Shown here one piece after another: positions 34,936-46,975 of a DNA stretch of 64,000 bases. The position numbers and the translations under genes were made by a program. Under the pieces are notes generated by a model. The model worked only from the letters and a program-made list of their open reading frames with translations. It searched no databases and was not told the DNA's origin. Origin of the DNA: Octopus bimaculoides (lineage: Eukaryota); the NCBI RefSeq assembly GCF_001194135.2, contig NC_068990.1, positions 17,920,138-17,984,137 of the forward strand, given 5' to 3'. Position 1 is the stretch's first letter; the number at the start of each line of letters is the position of its first letter.

Positions 34936-36468
34936 ATTTACCCAACATATTCTGTTAAACTTTCGGAAGAGCTGTCATACATAAATCGGAATTTTTCTGT
35001 CTTATCTTTTTTTACAGAATTTTCCCTTATTTTATAGTATCTTACATTTCAAAATACTTGGGGTGAAATTAAAAAAAAAAAAAATTTGTTTTTAAGTCCA
35101 TGTTTTTCAAATGTCTCGTCAACCCCCGCCCTTCATCGTGCCTTCGGGACAGCAGCCACCACTAAAATGATTTCTCTTTTTTGTCTTTCTCATTATTTTT
35201 CGTCATTTTATAATATTTCACATACAGAACCACTTCTCATAGAATTGTAATTTGCATTAAAATAAAAAATAAAGACCATTTATAAAGGCTTCACCTGAGT
35301 TTTTTCCCACAGTGCTTGCATCATTATCGTCTGCTGCGAAGGCAGAGAGAAAAAAAGAGATTTTGTTCATCCAATTTTACTTTTCTTCAGTTAAAAATAT
35401 TCTTTTCTACGTTTCAAACAAATGAAATTATGATTTTATGGAAATTTCTTTCAAAATTCCAATCTTTTGTTTCTCACACATCCACTTGGAATAGCAACTG
35501 TCAGAGAGAACCTTGTCCCAGAGTCTGGAAAATTTTCTAAGTGATTCTTACTTTAAGGTGGACGGTCTTATCGAGAAATACTAAAGTGAGAAAGTTTGGA
35601 GAGGGGATAAATGGATGACATCGACATCAGGACTCAACTTGTACTTATTTTATCGACCCTGAAGGGATGAAAGACAAAAGTTGACCTCGGTGGCATTTGA
35701 ACTCCCGCACAGAAGAATAAGGTGTCTTTGTGAAGTTATTCAAAGTAAATACAGTGGTCAAAATCAGGTAAGTTTTAATAAATTCTTTTTCTTTTAACTC
35801 ATTTCATTTTTATGCCTTATAGAAAAAAAATCCCAAAAGTTTTCACAGAATAGTAAAGTTTAAAAAAAAGTATTGATGAAAATTAAATTTTGAAAATATT
35901 TTTCAAGAATGGAATATTAATTTCAAGAGGAAGGGTAAAAGAGAANNNNNNNNNNNNNNNNNNNNNNNNNNNNNNNNNNNNNNNNNNNNNNNNNNNNNNN
36001 NNNNNNNNNNNNNNNNNNNNNNNNNNNNNNNNNNNNNNNNNNNNNNNNNNNNNNNNNNNNNNNNNNNNNNNNNNNNNNNNNNNNNNNNNNNNNNNNNNNN
36101 NNNNNNNNNNNNNNNNNNNNNNNNNNNNNNNNNNNNNNNNNNNNNNNNNNNNNNNNNNNNNNNNNNNNNNNNNNNNNNNNNNNNNNNNNNNNNNNNNNNN
36201 NNNNNNNNNNNNNNNNNNNNNNNNNNNNNNNNNNNNNNNNNNNNNNNNNNNNNNNNNNNNNNNNNNNNNNNNNNNNNNNAAAGCAAATTTCGAGTATTTA
36301 ATGAGTGTCGAGAAGTGTTAAGTGTTGAGAAGTGTTTCAGAGTATTCGATATAATAACAAAAAAACAAAACAAACAAACCCAAACCCTATTTTAATCATA
36401 AAAACAATGCTGAAGGTGAAGAGGGCAGAAGTGTTTACGAATTTTTTCTCTCTAAAAATACAGCAAGG

Positions 36469-37620
36469 TGTTTCAAAATGTGGAATATAATAAAATAAAC
36501 GGGGGGAGGGGGGAATCACTTTTGTGTCGTCTGCTGCTCGGAAGGCATGATGAGGCGAAATGGGAAGACACGATGATGCGAGCTAGAGGCTCGAAAAAAT
36601 AGATTAAAAAAAAAAAAATCTTTAGAAAGTTTTCCCTTAACTGTTTTGAAATGTGGGATATTAAAAAACTGTAGAGGAATCCCGAGGGAAACGGAGAAAT
36701 TCCTATTTAAGTGGGACAGTTATTTCGAAAGTACGCCATACTCCAAAATTTTGTGTCAGCTGTTGTTCGGAAGGCACGAATGAGTGGTAATAGGCGAAAT
36801 ATTGAAAAACATGAAACTAAAATAAAAGAAAAGAAACTTTAAAAAGTTTGCCTCAAACTGTTTTGAAATGTGGGATACTAAAAACTGTGGAAATATCTCG
36901 AAAGGAACAGAAATTCCGATTTATGTAGGACACAAAATTCCACATTGTGTACGAGAGAGAAAAATATGGATTTGATAAGTCCTTTTTAAAAAGTGAAAAA
37001 CTGTTTTGAAATGTGGGATAATACGAAATAGGGAAAAATCCCGGTAAATTTTCAGATTAACACCCGCACGATTTTCGCTAGGGTGTTAGGGTTAGGGTTT
37101 TAGGGTTAGGGTTAGTTTTAGGGTTAGGGTTAGAGTTAGGGTTACGGTTAGGGACGGAATTCCCTAACCCTAACCCTGACCCTAAAACCCTAACCCTAAC
37201 ACCCTAGTGAAAATCATGCGGGTGTTAATCTGAAAATTTACCAAAATCCCTCAAAGAAATGGAGTAATTCCGACTTTTGAGGGATAGCTATTCCGAAAGT
37301 GTACAAAAAAAAAATGTGTTAGCTGCTGCTTGGAAGGCACAAGGATGGTTGGGGGAAAATACTTGAAAAACATGGATTATTAAAAAAGTAATTTAAAAAA
37401 AGCTTGCCCATGATTATTTTGAAAGGCGTCATGAGAGACGTTGGAAAACAGATTTTTGAAAAGAAAAAAAAAAAACATTTAAAAAAAGTCTGCTTTCAAA
37501 TGTGGGAAAATCTCTTCTCCCATCCCCGAAAAAAAAAGGGAGAAATTTTGATTTATATGAGACAGCTGTTCCGAAAATTCACCCACGTTCTTCCCTTTAA
37601 TTTTGGTTATGTATTTTAAA
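36469..37620. repeat. Diverged ~150-280-bp repeat array; inverted copy at ~34955-35160
   Basis: Exact TGTTTTGAAATGTGGGATA at 36642, 36859 and 37002; variants at 36469 and 37491; GCTG.T..TCGGAAGGCAC recurs; reverse-complement unit at 34955-35160. Confidence 0.75.
37043..37242. mobile_element. 200-bp palindromic MITE with head-to-head telomeric repeats (Merlin-like)
   Basis: Arms GGTAAATTTTCAGATTAACACCCGCA(C/T)GATTTTC(G/A)CTAGGGTG then (TTAGGG)n..(CCCTAA)n; exact 8-bp TSD AAAATCCC at 37035-37042 and 37243-37250. Confidence 0.9.
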
Positions 37621-37794
37621 AGATGGCAATGTGTTATTTGAATGAGAGGAAGACAGTCACAAGAAGAAAAAAAAGTCACAGAAAACCTTCAATGAATGAA
37701 TTATTTTTGTTTCATCTTTTCTGTTAAGGCATTAAACAAAAGGTGATTAAAAAAAAATCCTTTTCCCTATGTCCGTATATAAATTGTGTTGCCG

Positions 37795-38005
37795 TTAGGT
37801 ATCGAATGCAAGGCGATGTACTGGCAGAACCGTTAGCATGCCGGACAAAATGCCACTAAGAATTTCGTTCGTCTCTACATTCTGAGTTCAAATTCTGCCG
37901 AGGTCGACTTTGCCTTTCACCCTTTCGAGGCCAATGAAATAAAGAGTTAGCCGAGTACTGGGGTCGATGTATTCAACTTGCTTCTACCCTCAAAATTGTT
38001 GACCT
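37795..38005 (+). mobile_element. S2 SINE
   Basis: CTGGCAGAACCGTTAGCATGCCGG...GAGGTCGACTTTGCCTTTCACCCTTTCG. Other copies at 35600-35705(-), 39378-39520(-), 51140-51350(-), 58090-58600. Confidence 0.85.
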
Positions 38006-39564
38006 CAGACATATCAATTCAAAAGCGATTCAAAACGCGTTTAATACCTTTTTTTTTTTTCGAGTATGCATTATATTTAAACATATGACTTTTTTCAAAT
38101 TTTAATTAGCGATTTTATCTGCCTATTAAGGTTTTTTTCTCTGTAATTATTAAATATTTTTTGTTTTTGTGATTTGATTTTCATTTACTGAAGGCGATCT
38201 TGGCAGGTCGAACGAGTGACCGGTTAGAAAGAAGCTCCATAGCGACGTGAGTAAATTAGTTTATAAAACACAACACTTCTTGAGATAAAAGAAAGAAAAC
38301 ATGCTTAGTAAAGGTGTGAGGTGTATAATTAATGATACGAACTCACCTTTTAAAACTGAATTATATCATTAACGTCACTTTATACGTGTAGTGATATGAA
38401 CGTCCGAAAACGTGCAAAGAAAAGCAGTTTTATATATATATCAGAAAAATGAAAGTATTAACGAAGCAGTATTAACGTCGACGGTTGCAACGACGTTGAC
38501 AACAACAGTGATGTTCAAGTGAAGTATACTGTTAAAATAAGACGAAATGTTGAAATGCTACTCGAAATACACACACGCACACTACCCTCAATTTATTATG
38601 TTTATAGCTAACCAACAGACTACGACAAGTTGCTTCTGAATTAGCAATCAAAACATTTCGTGAAAGACTTCATGGTGATTAAAGAAAAACGCACAAAACC
38701 TAAACAAATGTAATTAAAGATAAATTTCTTTAATCACTATCGTTCGTGCTTAGAGAAATTACAGTCTTTCAAAGGGGAAGTTTTAAGTGTCAAAATATTT
38801 AAGCTTAGTTGTGGTTTAAAAAAATGCTAACAGAACAAGGGACGTTACTACGAGAGAATATGCAAATCGAAGCTGGAGTAATCTCCCTTGAAATAAGTTA
38901 GCATTCTTAAGAAACGCGAGACTTTCAACAAGAAAGAATTTGCAGCTTGTTTTTTGGTTTGTCTTAATCGATTGGTTTTATTTGTTATTAATGACCTCAG
39001 CTTGATCAGTGCGAAAATAAATCACTAGTTCAGTTTTCTTTCGGGAATCGTAAGTATTAATAGATTTCCCTTCAGTAGTGGTTCTCAGATTTATATTCAT
39101 ATTTTAGGCTCAAAATCCCTCTCTATTAATTTCGATGACACATTAAATGAAATAAAAATTGTTTAGGAAAAGAATTTATTTATAAGATAATAAAAAAACA
39201 ACATAATCAGAATTTGTTATTTTGAAAATGATGCACTGTCGTGTCAGTTTTGCTAACGCTGCTTCTGGAATATTGAGTTCTTCTAAAGTTATAAGATATT
39301 GAAAATATTCTTTACTACTCTAGACACAAGGCTCGAAATTGTGTGTATGTGTGTGGTGGTGGTGGTGGTGGTGGTAGTGGTCAATCGATTAGATTGACCT
39401 CAGTACGGAACTGGTACTTAATTTATCAACCCCGAAAGGATGAAAGGCAAAGTCAACCTCGACAGAATTTGAACTCAGAATGTAAAAACAGACAAAATAC
39501 TGCCAAGCATTTCGCCAACCGTTACAAAATGTTATATTTCGTTACATAACGTTACATTTTGTAT

Positions 39565-39720
39565 AATGTACGAAATGTCTTGCCAGGTCTTCTCACACAC
39601 AGCATATTTCCAAAAGTCTCGGTCACTAGTCATTGCTTCGGTGAGGCCTAATGTTTGAAGGTCATGCTTCACCATCTCATTCCAGGTCTTTCAGAGCATC
39701 CACCCCCGCTACTGACTTGG
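39565..39720 (-). mobile_element. RTE C-terminal fragment
   Basis: KTWNEMVKHDLQTLGLTEAMTSDRDFWKYAVCEKTWQ on the minus strand; same family as 26726-27550. Confidence 0.8.
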
Positions 39721-39876
39721 TTTCCTAGGTAACGAAAGCTATCAACTACTTCTAGTTTTTCTCCCTGGAATGTGACNNNNNNNNNNNNNNNNNNNNNNNN
39801 NNNNNNNNNNNNNNNNNNNNNNNNNNNNNNNNNNNNNNNNNNNNNNNNNNNNNNNNNNNNNNNNNNNNNNNNNNNN

Positions 39877-39910
<34 letters not shown>

Positions 39911-39914
39911 ATAT

Positions 39915-41757
39915 ATCTGTAAAGCCTTCTACAAGTTGACATAAGAATCTGCCTCAGTGCAATACAAGATAGGGCCACTGTTTGATGAAAAGAGCTCACT
40001 AACTGCACACCCCAAGAGGATAAGTGAAGCGTTCAATAAACAATTCCAAAGTGCTTTCACCTCCCCACTAGAAATCATGAAAAGAAGCAGACCTGATGAG
40101 TTCTTCAAAACCTCTAACCTACAAGAGAAAAAGGTGACCATCAATTACATTGATATTATAGAAGAGGATGTATTGTTGGCCATTGACGAGATAAACCCAA
40201 ACTCTGCAACAGGTGCAGATGGACTATTAGCAATTCTGTTAAAACCTGCAAGAAAGCACTTGCAAAACCACTGCAAATGCTTTTCCAGAGTTCCCTTGAA
40301 TGCAATACATTTCCTTAAATGTTAAAAGAAGGAATAATCTGCGCTGTCCACAAAGGTGGAAACAGAGCAGGTGCTATATACTACAGGCCTATCTCTCTGA
40401 CCTCACATGTCAGCAAGATCATTGTCAGAAAAAGACTGACCATGTTCTTAGAAGAAAGTGACTTGTTTACAGACATGCAACTTCGTATCCAACCTGGAAC
40501 GAGCTGCCTAACACAGCTATTACAACACTTTGACTGGGTACTAAAACAACAGCTCAACCATTCAAATGTGGATGCGATATATCTCGACTTTGCCAAGGCC
40601 TTTGACAAAATCAATCACGGGATGATATGTCACAAATTGCATGACCTTGGTATCGCTGGTAGACTGGGAGAGTGGCTGAAGGGCAGAAGTCAGGCTGTCA
40701 CAGTAAATGGTGCTTTCTCTGAAGTGACACCAATCCTCAGTGGAGTCCCTTAGGGAACAGTGCTGGGTCCACTACTGTTGTGGTTGCTTTCTCAGACATA
40801 CCTTCAGCCATAGAGTCAGCCACACTCACCATGATACAATGATACATGATACAATGATACATGATACATGCTGATGATACAAAAGTATCGCAGGTAGTCA
40901 AGGATCCACTGACATCCTAAGACTGCAAAATGACCTGAATGCAGTATATAAATGGGCTGATGAGAATAATATGCAGTTCAATGGTGAAAAATTTCAAGCA
41001 CTCTGCTATCAGTCCACAAACAAACTACAGCTGAAGTACACGGGACCAGCAGGCAATGTAATCCCAGAGTTAGAGTTAGTGCATGACCTGGGAATCTACA
41101 TGAGTAACAATGCAACTTTCCATGTGCACATTGCTCAGATAGTAACACTATGCAGGCGGGTGGCAGAAACAGAGACACAATATTTCTGCTTTGAAGAACC
41201 TTTGTCCTCAGTCATCTGGACTATTGCTCCCAACTGTGGTCCCCACAGAGTGTAAAACTAATTGCAGAACTAGAAGTGATCCAATGCCACTACACAAAGA
41301 AGATCAACTCAGTAAGACACATGGGCTACTGGGAGTGGTTGAAAGAACTGGGACTCTACTCTCTGGAGAGGTGATGTGAGAGATCTGCAGTGCTATACAT
41401 ATGGAAAATAATGGAGGGTTTAGCTCCAAATTTCGAAATTGAAATCTACAACAATCCCTGAACTGGACAGCACTGCACAGTACCAAAGGTCCCATCTTCA
41501 TCAAGGACACAAACTGAATATTGTAATAGCTTGGGATACAAGGAACCACAACTTTTTTATTCCCTACCACAGAACATCAGGGATCTGCAAGGTGTAGACA
41601 TGGAAGTCTTTAAAAAACATCACAGCAGGAGGCACAAAGAAGAGTGGCAATGTCCAGCTCACTACTTCACGAGAAGCAATACTGGAAAAATCCCTGGATG
41701 CAGTTAAGGCAGTGCACCAGCATGGCCTCAGCCTCTGGCTGAAACCCATAAAAGAAT

Positions 41758-41760
<3 letters not shown>
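39915..41760 (+). mobile_element. CR1-group LINE, 5'-truncated and decayed (RT domain to 3' tail)
   Basis: YRPISLTSHVSK, SCLTQLL, IYLDFAKAFDKINH, SGVP*GTVLGPLL, (H)ADDTK, LQNDL..VYKWADENNMQFNGEKFQ, DLGIYMS; stops and frameshifts; ends AAGAATAAAA(TA)n. Confidence 0.93.
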
Positions 41761-41794
<34 letters not shown>

Positions 41795-42707
41795 TCATGT
41801 GTGTGACTGTTCATGTCTAGAAAGAAAATCTCATTAGACAAACAAAATAGCTTCTTTCCCTACATGAAAGAATTAATTAACCACATCAGTAGATATCCAT
41901 GCAATTATTTTCTTATTCAATAATTATGTGATAACACCTCAACTACTATCCGCTGTCCATCCATACAGCCGTCCTATTTATTTATTAGCTACGTCATCTC
42001 TTTCTACCACTTTTCCACCTCTTCTCCTGAACAGACTGTGAGTTTCTACTTGCAGCAGTTTTTCTTTCTGCCCCTTCCTAGGTATTCGACATCACCCCAT
42101 TCCATACGTATTCACCAAACCAAGTATTACGTCTTGTATGTCACTGTATTTTTGTTTGGTCTTTATAATTTGTTTATAAGTACATGAGTGAGTGAGAGTA
42201 TGTGTGTCTGTGTGTATAAGTGCGCATATAGATTCTTTAAAAGTGCAAGTGTGTGTGAACACACACACACACACACACATACACACACACACACACACAT
42301 GCACACATGAACACACGTACTTATAAACAAACTATAAAAACCAAACAAAAATACAGACATGCAAGTAATAATACTAGGCGAACTTGTATGGAATAGAGTG
42401 ATGTTGAAGATGTGCTTGGGGACATATATACATCTATGCCTTATATGTATGTGTGTGTGCAATTTATGCAATGACCACAAAAAGATGACATGGGAGGACA
42501 TAGTGTTCTGGAAAAGTGAGAGGAAGGGATGAGGCTGGTAATAGATGATTGAATGGATGGATATCTGTCTGTCTACTTGCTCATCCATTCATGCATCCAT
42601 GCATCCATGCATCCATCCGTCCGTCCGTCTGTCTGTGTGTGTTTCTGTATTCTGCATTGAAAACTGAGCTGAGATGAAAGTCATGTGCTTTCTTCCTCTC
42701 TGTATCA

Positions 42708-42796
<89 letters not shown>

Positions 42797-42798
42797 CA
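42708..42798. repeat. (CA)n microsatellite
   Basis: Long pure CA run; others at 49716-49766, 50999-51062 and 62085-62160. Confidence 0.95.
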
Positions 42799-43613
42799 CA
42801 TTCATTCATACACCTGTTTTATTTATGTTGTTTATATACAATGGGTTACCCATATATGAAGGGTTAACTCAATGAACAAACTGAATAACAAACAGATTTT
42901 CTGAAGAAAATTAAATTCACAATTGAAATTTGAACAACAAACCAAGAGTAGGCTTGAAATGGATTACTCCTATTTCAATAATTCATGCAACAAGCAATTT
43001 AGTTAATAAAGAGGGCTCTGGAATGGATTATGTTTGCATATAGAGACCTCACTGTACATGCCACCATTCACTAAGTTATTTCTCTTGGCTCATTTTTGTT
43101 TAAATTATGCAAATTATCTAGACTAGTCATGGGCCAACCCTTTTTGAGAAACTGGCTGCATGGGACCATGACTCATCATCAAGTGGGTTGCAGTACTAAA
43201 GTTCTAAAAGATTCAAAGCAATTTTTTATTAGGCATACCTTTCAGAAACTCTCAGAGGCTTCAGTTTGCTCATGACTGACCTAGGTCGTAAATGTGTTCT
43301 TTAGTTTTTAGTATATGTCTATGTCCCTTGGCTGTTGGTGATAGGTTAGGACAATTGCTATATTGATGACACTTATTGAGGTAGAAACACATGTCTGAAA
43401 CAGTCCTCTTATTTCCAGACAATAAACTTGTCCTTTTCCTAAATGTCATGTCACCTTTTGGAAAACTCTTGATTCTTGAGATAATTTCCCCTTCTCAAGT
43501 GGAGCCAGTCTCAGTTATCATTTGGTAATTGTGATGTCCTTTAGAGGTAGAGATCTGCCAGGATTTTTAAATCCCATTTTTTCTTCTAAATATGTCTATA
43601 TAAATACACCCCC

Positions 43614-43703
<90 letters not shown>

Positions 43704-44190
43704 CCGTATGGAATGCACATGTATATACGTATATAAGTATATATATATATATTTCTGTGTATATACACACACATACACTTGAATACATGTGTATATGTGT
43801 GGTGGCTGTGTACACTCCTATCAGAATGCTAAAGAAGACAGGTGCAATAGAAGAAAACAAAATCAACAAAAAATACCCCACCCCCTCTTCCTCCAAAAGA
43901 AAAACAGATACAATAACAAAAACCTGAAAAATCCATGAAGTATTCATGCATCACTAAGCCGTTTAATTCAGCTCTCTGGAATATATATCTCTATCTTTGT
44001 TTGGCACTCCATCTATCTGATCTAATGGATAGAGAAACTATAGCTGAGTCTATTTTGAGTTGCATTGAAACCTAAACATCGAAAGTTGGTTGAATGGAAA
44101 AAAATCGGTTAAAACAAATTTAATGGTTGTGTTCGTATTTAGAGAAAAGTAAACAAATGAATGTTTTTTATTCTTTATACCCTGTGTGTA

Positions 44191-44231
<41 letters not shown>

Positions 44232-44336
44232 TTACAGTTTTAAATAAAGGAGGATAAAAAAACAAAAATTTATGGATTTACTACTGCTTAAGTGATATGT
44301 TTTATTATTAATTGTTGTTGTTGATGTTATTTATTA

Positions 44337-44747
44337 TAAGGTGGCAAACAAGCACAATCATTAGCAAGTTGGTCAAAATACTTAACAGCATTTTTTCTGG
44401 CTTTTGCATTCTCAGTTCAGATCCTTCTGTCTTTTACAGTGATTTGCTCCTCCCTCTGAAAATTTGCTGATCTTGTGCTCAAATTTGAAACAATTGTTGT
44501 TGTTGTTATTTACTAGAAGACAGTCAGCTGGCTGAACCATTAGGATATCAGACAAAAATGCTTAGTGGCATTTTGTTCGGTTTTATGTTCTGAGTTCAAA
44601 CACCACTAAAGTTGGTTTTGCTTTTCTTCCTTTCAGGGTCGATTAAATAAGTACCAATTACACACTGTAATCGACTGGTCCCCTCCCCCAAAATGTCAGG
44701 CTTTGTGTCTGTTGTAGAAAGGTTTATTATTATCATCATCATCATCA

Positions 44748-44781
<34 letters not shown>

Positions 44782-44990
44782 AGCTGTGAGCTGGTAGAAC
44801 CATTAGCATGCCGGGCAAAGTGCTTAGTAGTATTTCATTCATCCTTATGTTCTGAGTTGAAATTCTGCCAAGGTTGACTTTGCTTTCATCCTTTTGGGGT
44901 TGATAAAATAAGTACCAGTTGACTTTTGGGGTCAATGCAATGGACTTACCTCCTGCCCAAAATTGCTGGCCTTATGCCAAAATTTGATAT
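44337..44990 (+). mobile_element. Three head-to-tail S2 SINE copies separated by (TTG)/(TTA)/(TCA)n tails
   Basis: S2 heads near 44337, 44520 and 44780, each followed by a trinucleotide tail. Confidence 0.8.
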
Positions 44991-45613
44991 CGTTATTATT
45001 ATCATTATTATTATCATATGTGTTCCTGTGGCTTATCAATTTTGTCCATGTATTACACTTAAGCCAAAGGAGGTAGTGATTCATATGGAGAAAAACATAT
45101 ATATAGAGAAAGAAGTGGAGACAAAGAAATGGAAATAATGAAATCAATTGAAAAATAGAGAAAGCACAAGAAAGAGAAAGTGAAAGAGGGAGAGAAGGCT
45201 TATATTATTCTGAATTTATGTTTTCAAATTGCAGACACAGTCAAAATGTTTAACATAATGAAACATCCTGAAGATCTATAAATTTATGCTTTAGTGTGAG
45301 CGCCATGAGTCGGAGTGGCTGTTCCAGTGTGTCTCTTTTGCCATCCTCTGGTGCAATGCTTTTTCCATTATGTCTGTGGGAACCATGAAGCAGACTGACA
45401 TGTATTTATATTTATAGCTGTTGTATCTCATAAGAAAACAGATTATCAGTTTCAATACAAACACATGACTAGACAAGCAATTATAGAAATAAACAGGAAA
45501 CAAGAAGAAGGGGAACTTAGCAGAGATTTATATTAGATTACCAGATTAAACAGATTAAAATAAGTGATGACAGCAATAGCATGAGTAACATTAACATTAT
45601 CATTAGAAAGACA

Positions 45614-45823
45614 CTAGCAGAAAGACCACCCTCTGAGCAGTTTTCTGTTAGCCACTTGATAATATTTCCACACTTGATTTCCAATTCTAATAAATTTTAT
45701 ATTTTACATCTTGCTCACTTGCTTAGTAAATATTGCTTTCATTATTTTATCAGTCATTTTTTAAAGAGTCAATCTGTTATATATATTTATCATTAATAAT
45801 TGGTAGAACTTACATAGGTGTGC

Positions 45824-45856
<33 letters not shown>

Positions 45857-46975
45857 GGGATGGAGGGATATACACACTTACAGACACAAAAGTCTGGTGT
45901 TGTGAGAACACATGGGAATGAGTTTCCTTACTTTTTCAAATATACCCAAATTTAAAATGATCTAATATGACGATATCATTCATTCAGCATGTGTTGAAAT
46001 ATGCCAATACAATGCAATTCCACACAAATATATATTTAGCTTTAAAGTAGTACATACAATTGTCAGTAATCATACTGTTTCCATTTCTCTCAACCAATAT
46101 TTTTACATTAGCCTTCTTTCAAACTGTAGATAATGCAACATACAGCTGACCATAAGAGAAGAATTGTGTCAGAAAATATTTTCCAATTTGTTCAAAAGTT
46201 TGTCTTTGTGTCTTGTTGCACGTCAAGGCAAAAGCTGGCTTGACAGGAAATTGTTTGCGTGTAAATGTAAATGGAAATTCCATTTCTTGAGATACGTGGT
46301 ATTCTTGAGATTAACAGAGTTGATCCAGCATAAGGACCAGAAGCAACCACAGCCTCAATAACATGATCATGTAAACTGACAATGATGTAGTATGTGCCAT
46401 TGCAATGTCCATTAGTAGCATCTAAATTTCTCAGAAGCATTATGCATTGTTTTTTCTTCAGTTTGAGAATGTGTGGTAGAAACCCTGTTGGTGTAAGTTT
46501 GTTGATGAACTCGATTGGGTACAGAGTTTCATTATCAACTGTATCTGAGCTTCTGTATATTTTTAGCACACCAGAGATCCTGGTCAACAGAAAATCATTT
46601 AGAAATTGTGCTGTTTCATTTGTTAGAGTAATGATGGTTCTATTTGTAAACTACACAGGGTTTGTGAAGTTATTTTTGAGGTCAGCATATACAAAATCAC
46701 ATAGATCTGAAAGAATACCACTTTCAAGTCAAAGGTCACTTTCAAGGCAAAGTAGTTTGATTTTGAATTTACCTAAGCTTTGTTCAACAGAAATGTTACC
46801 ATTTCCTACATCAAGAAAGTACTTAGCAAACTCTCTTTCATCAGAATGACCTGTAAGAAGTCTTAGATTGGTTGTCAGCTGCACTACTTCCACATGATCG
46901 CAAAGAAAAGACCGCTTTAGTGTTGCATCAACAATTTGTGATTGGACACCATTATTTTGAAGTAGAATATTCTCC
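45614..46975 (-). mobile_element. Helitron 3' portion (PIF1-like helicase, frameshifted) with candidate 3' terminus
   Basis: LYPIEFINKLTPTG.LPH.LKLK...IMLLRNLDATNGHCNGT; second frame FPFTFTRKQFPVKPAFALTCNKTQ..FSYGQLYVALS; upstream REFAKYFLDVGNG. Minus strand ACTGC-TCAGAGG-GTGGT-CTTTCTG-CTAG|T ends at 45614. Confidence 0.85.

Noticed and set aside
37081-37200. Ancestral chromosome end-to-end fusion site
   Set aside because: The head-to-head TTAGGG/CCCTAA lies inside matching TIRs with an exact 8-bp TSD, so it is a transposon insertion.
38860-38867. Octamer ATGCAAAT (snRNA/POU element)
   Set aside because: A single 8-mer is expected by chance in 64 kb of AT-rich DNA, and no snRNA body is nearby.
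45290-45420. Possible coding exon (TTTATGCTTTAG acceptor; CERHESEWLFQCVSFAILWC...)
   Set aside because: No convincing donor, no recognisable protein and no partner exons.
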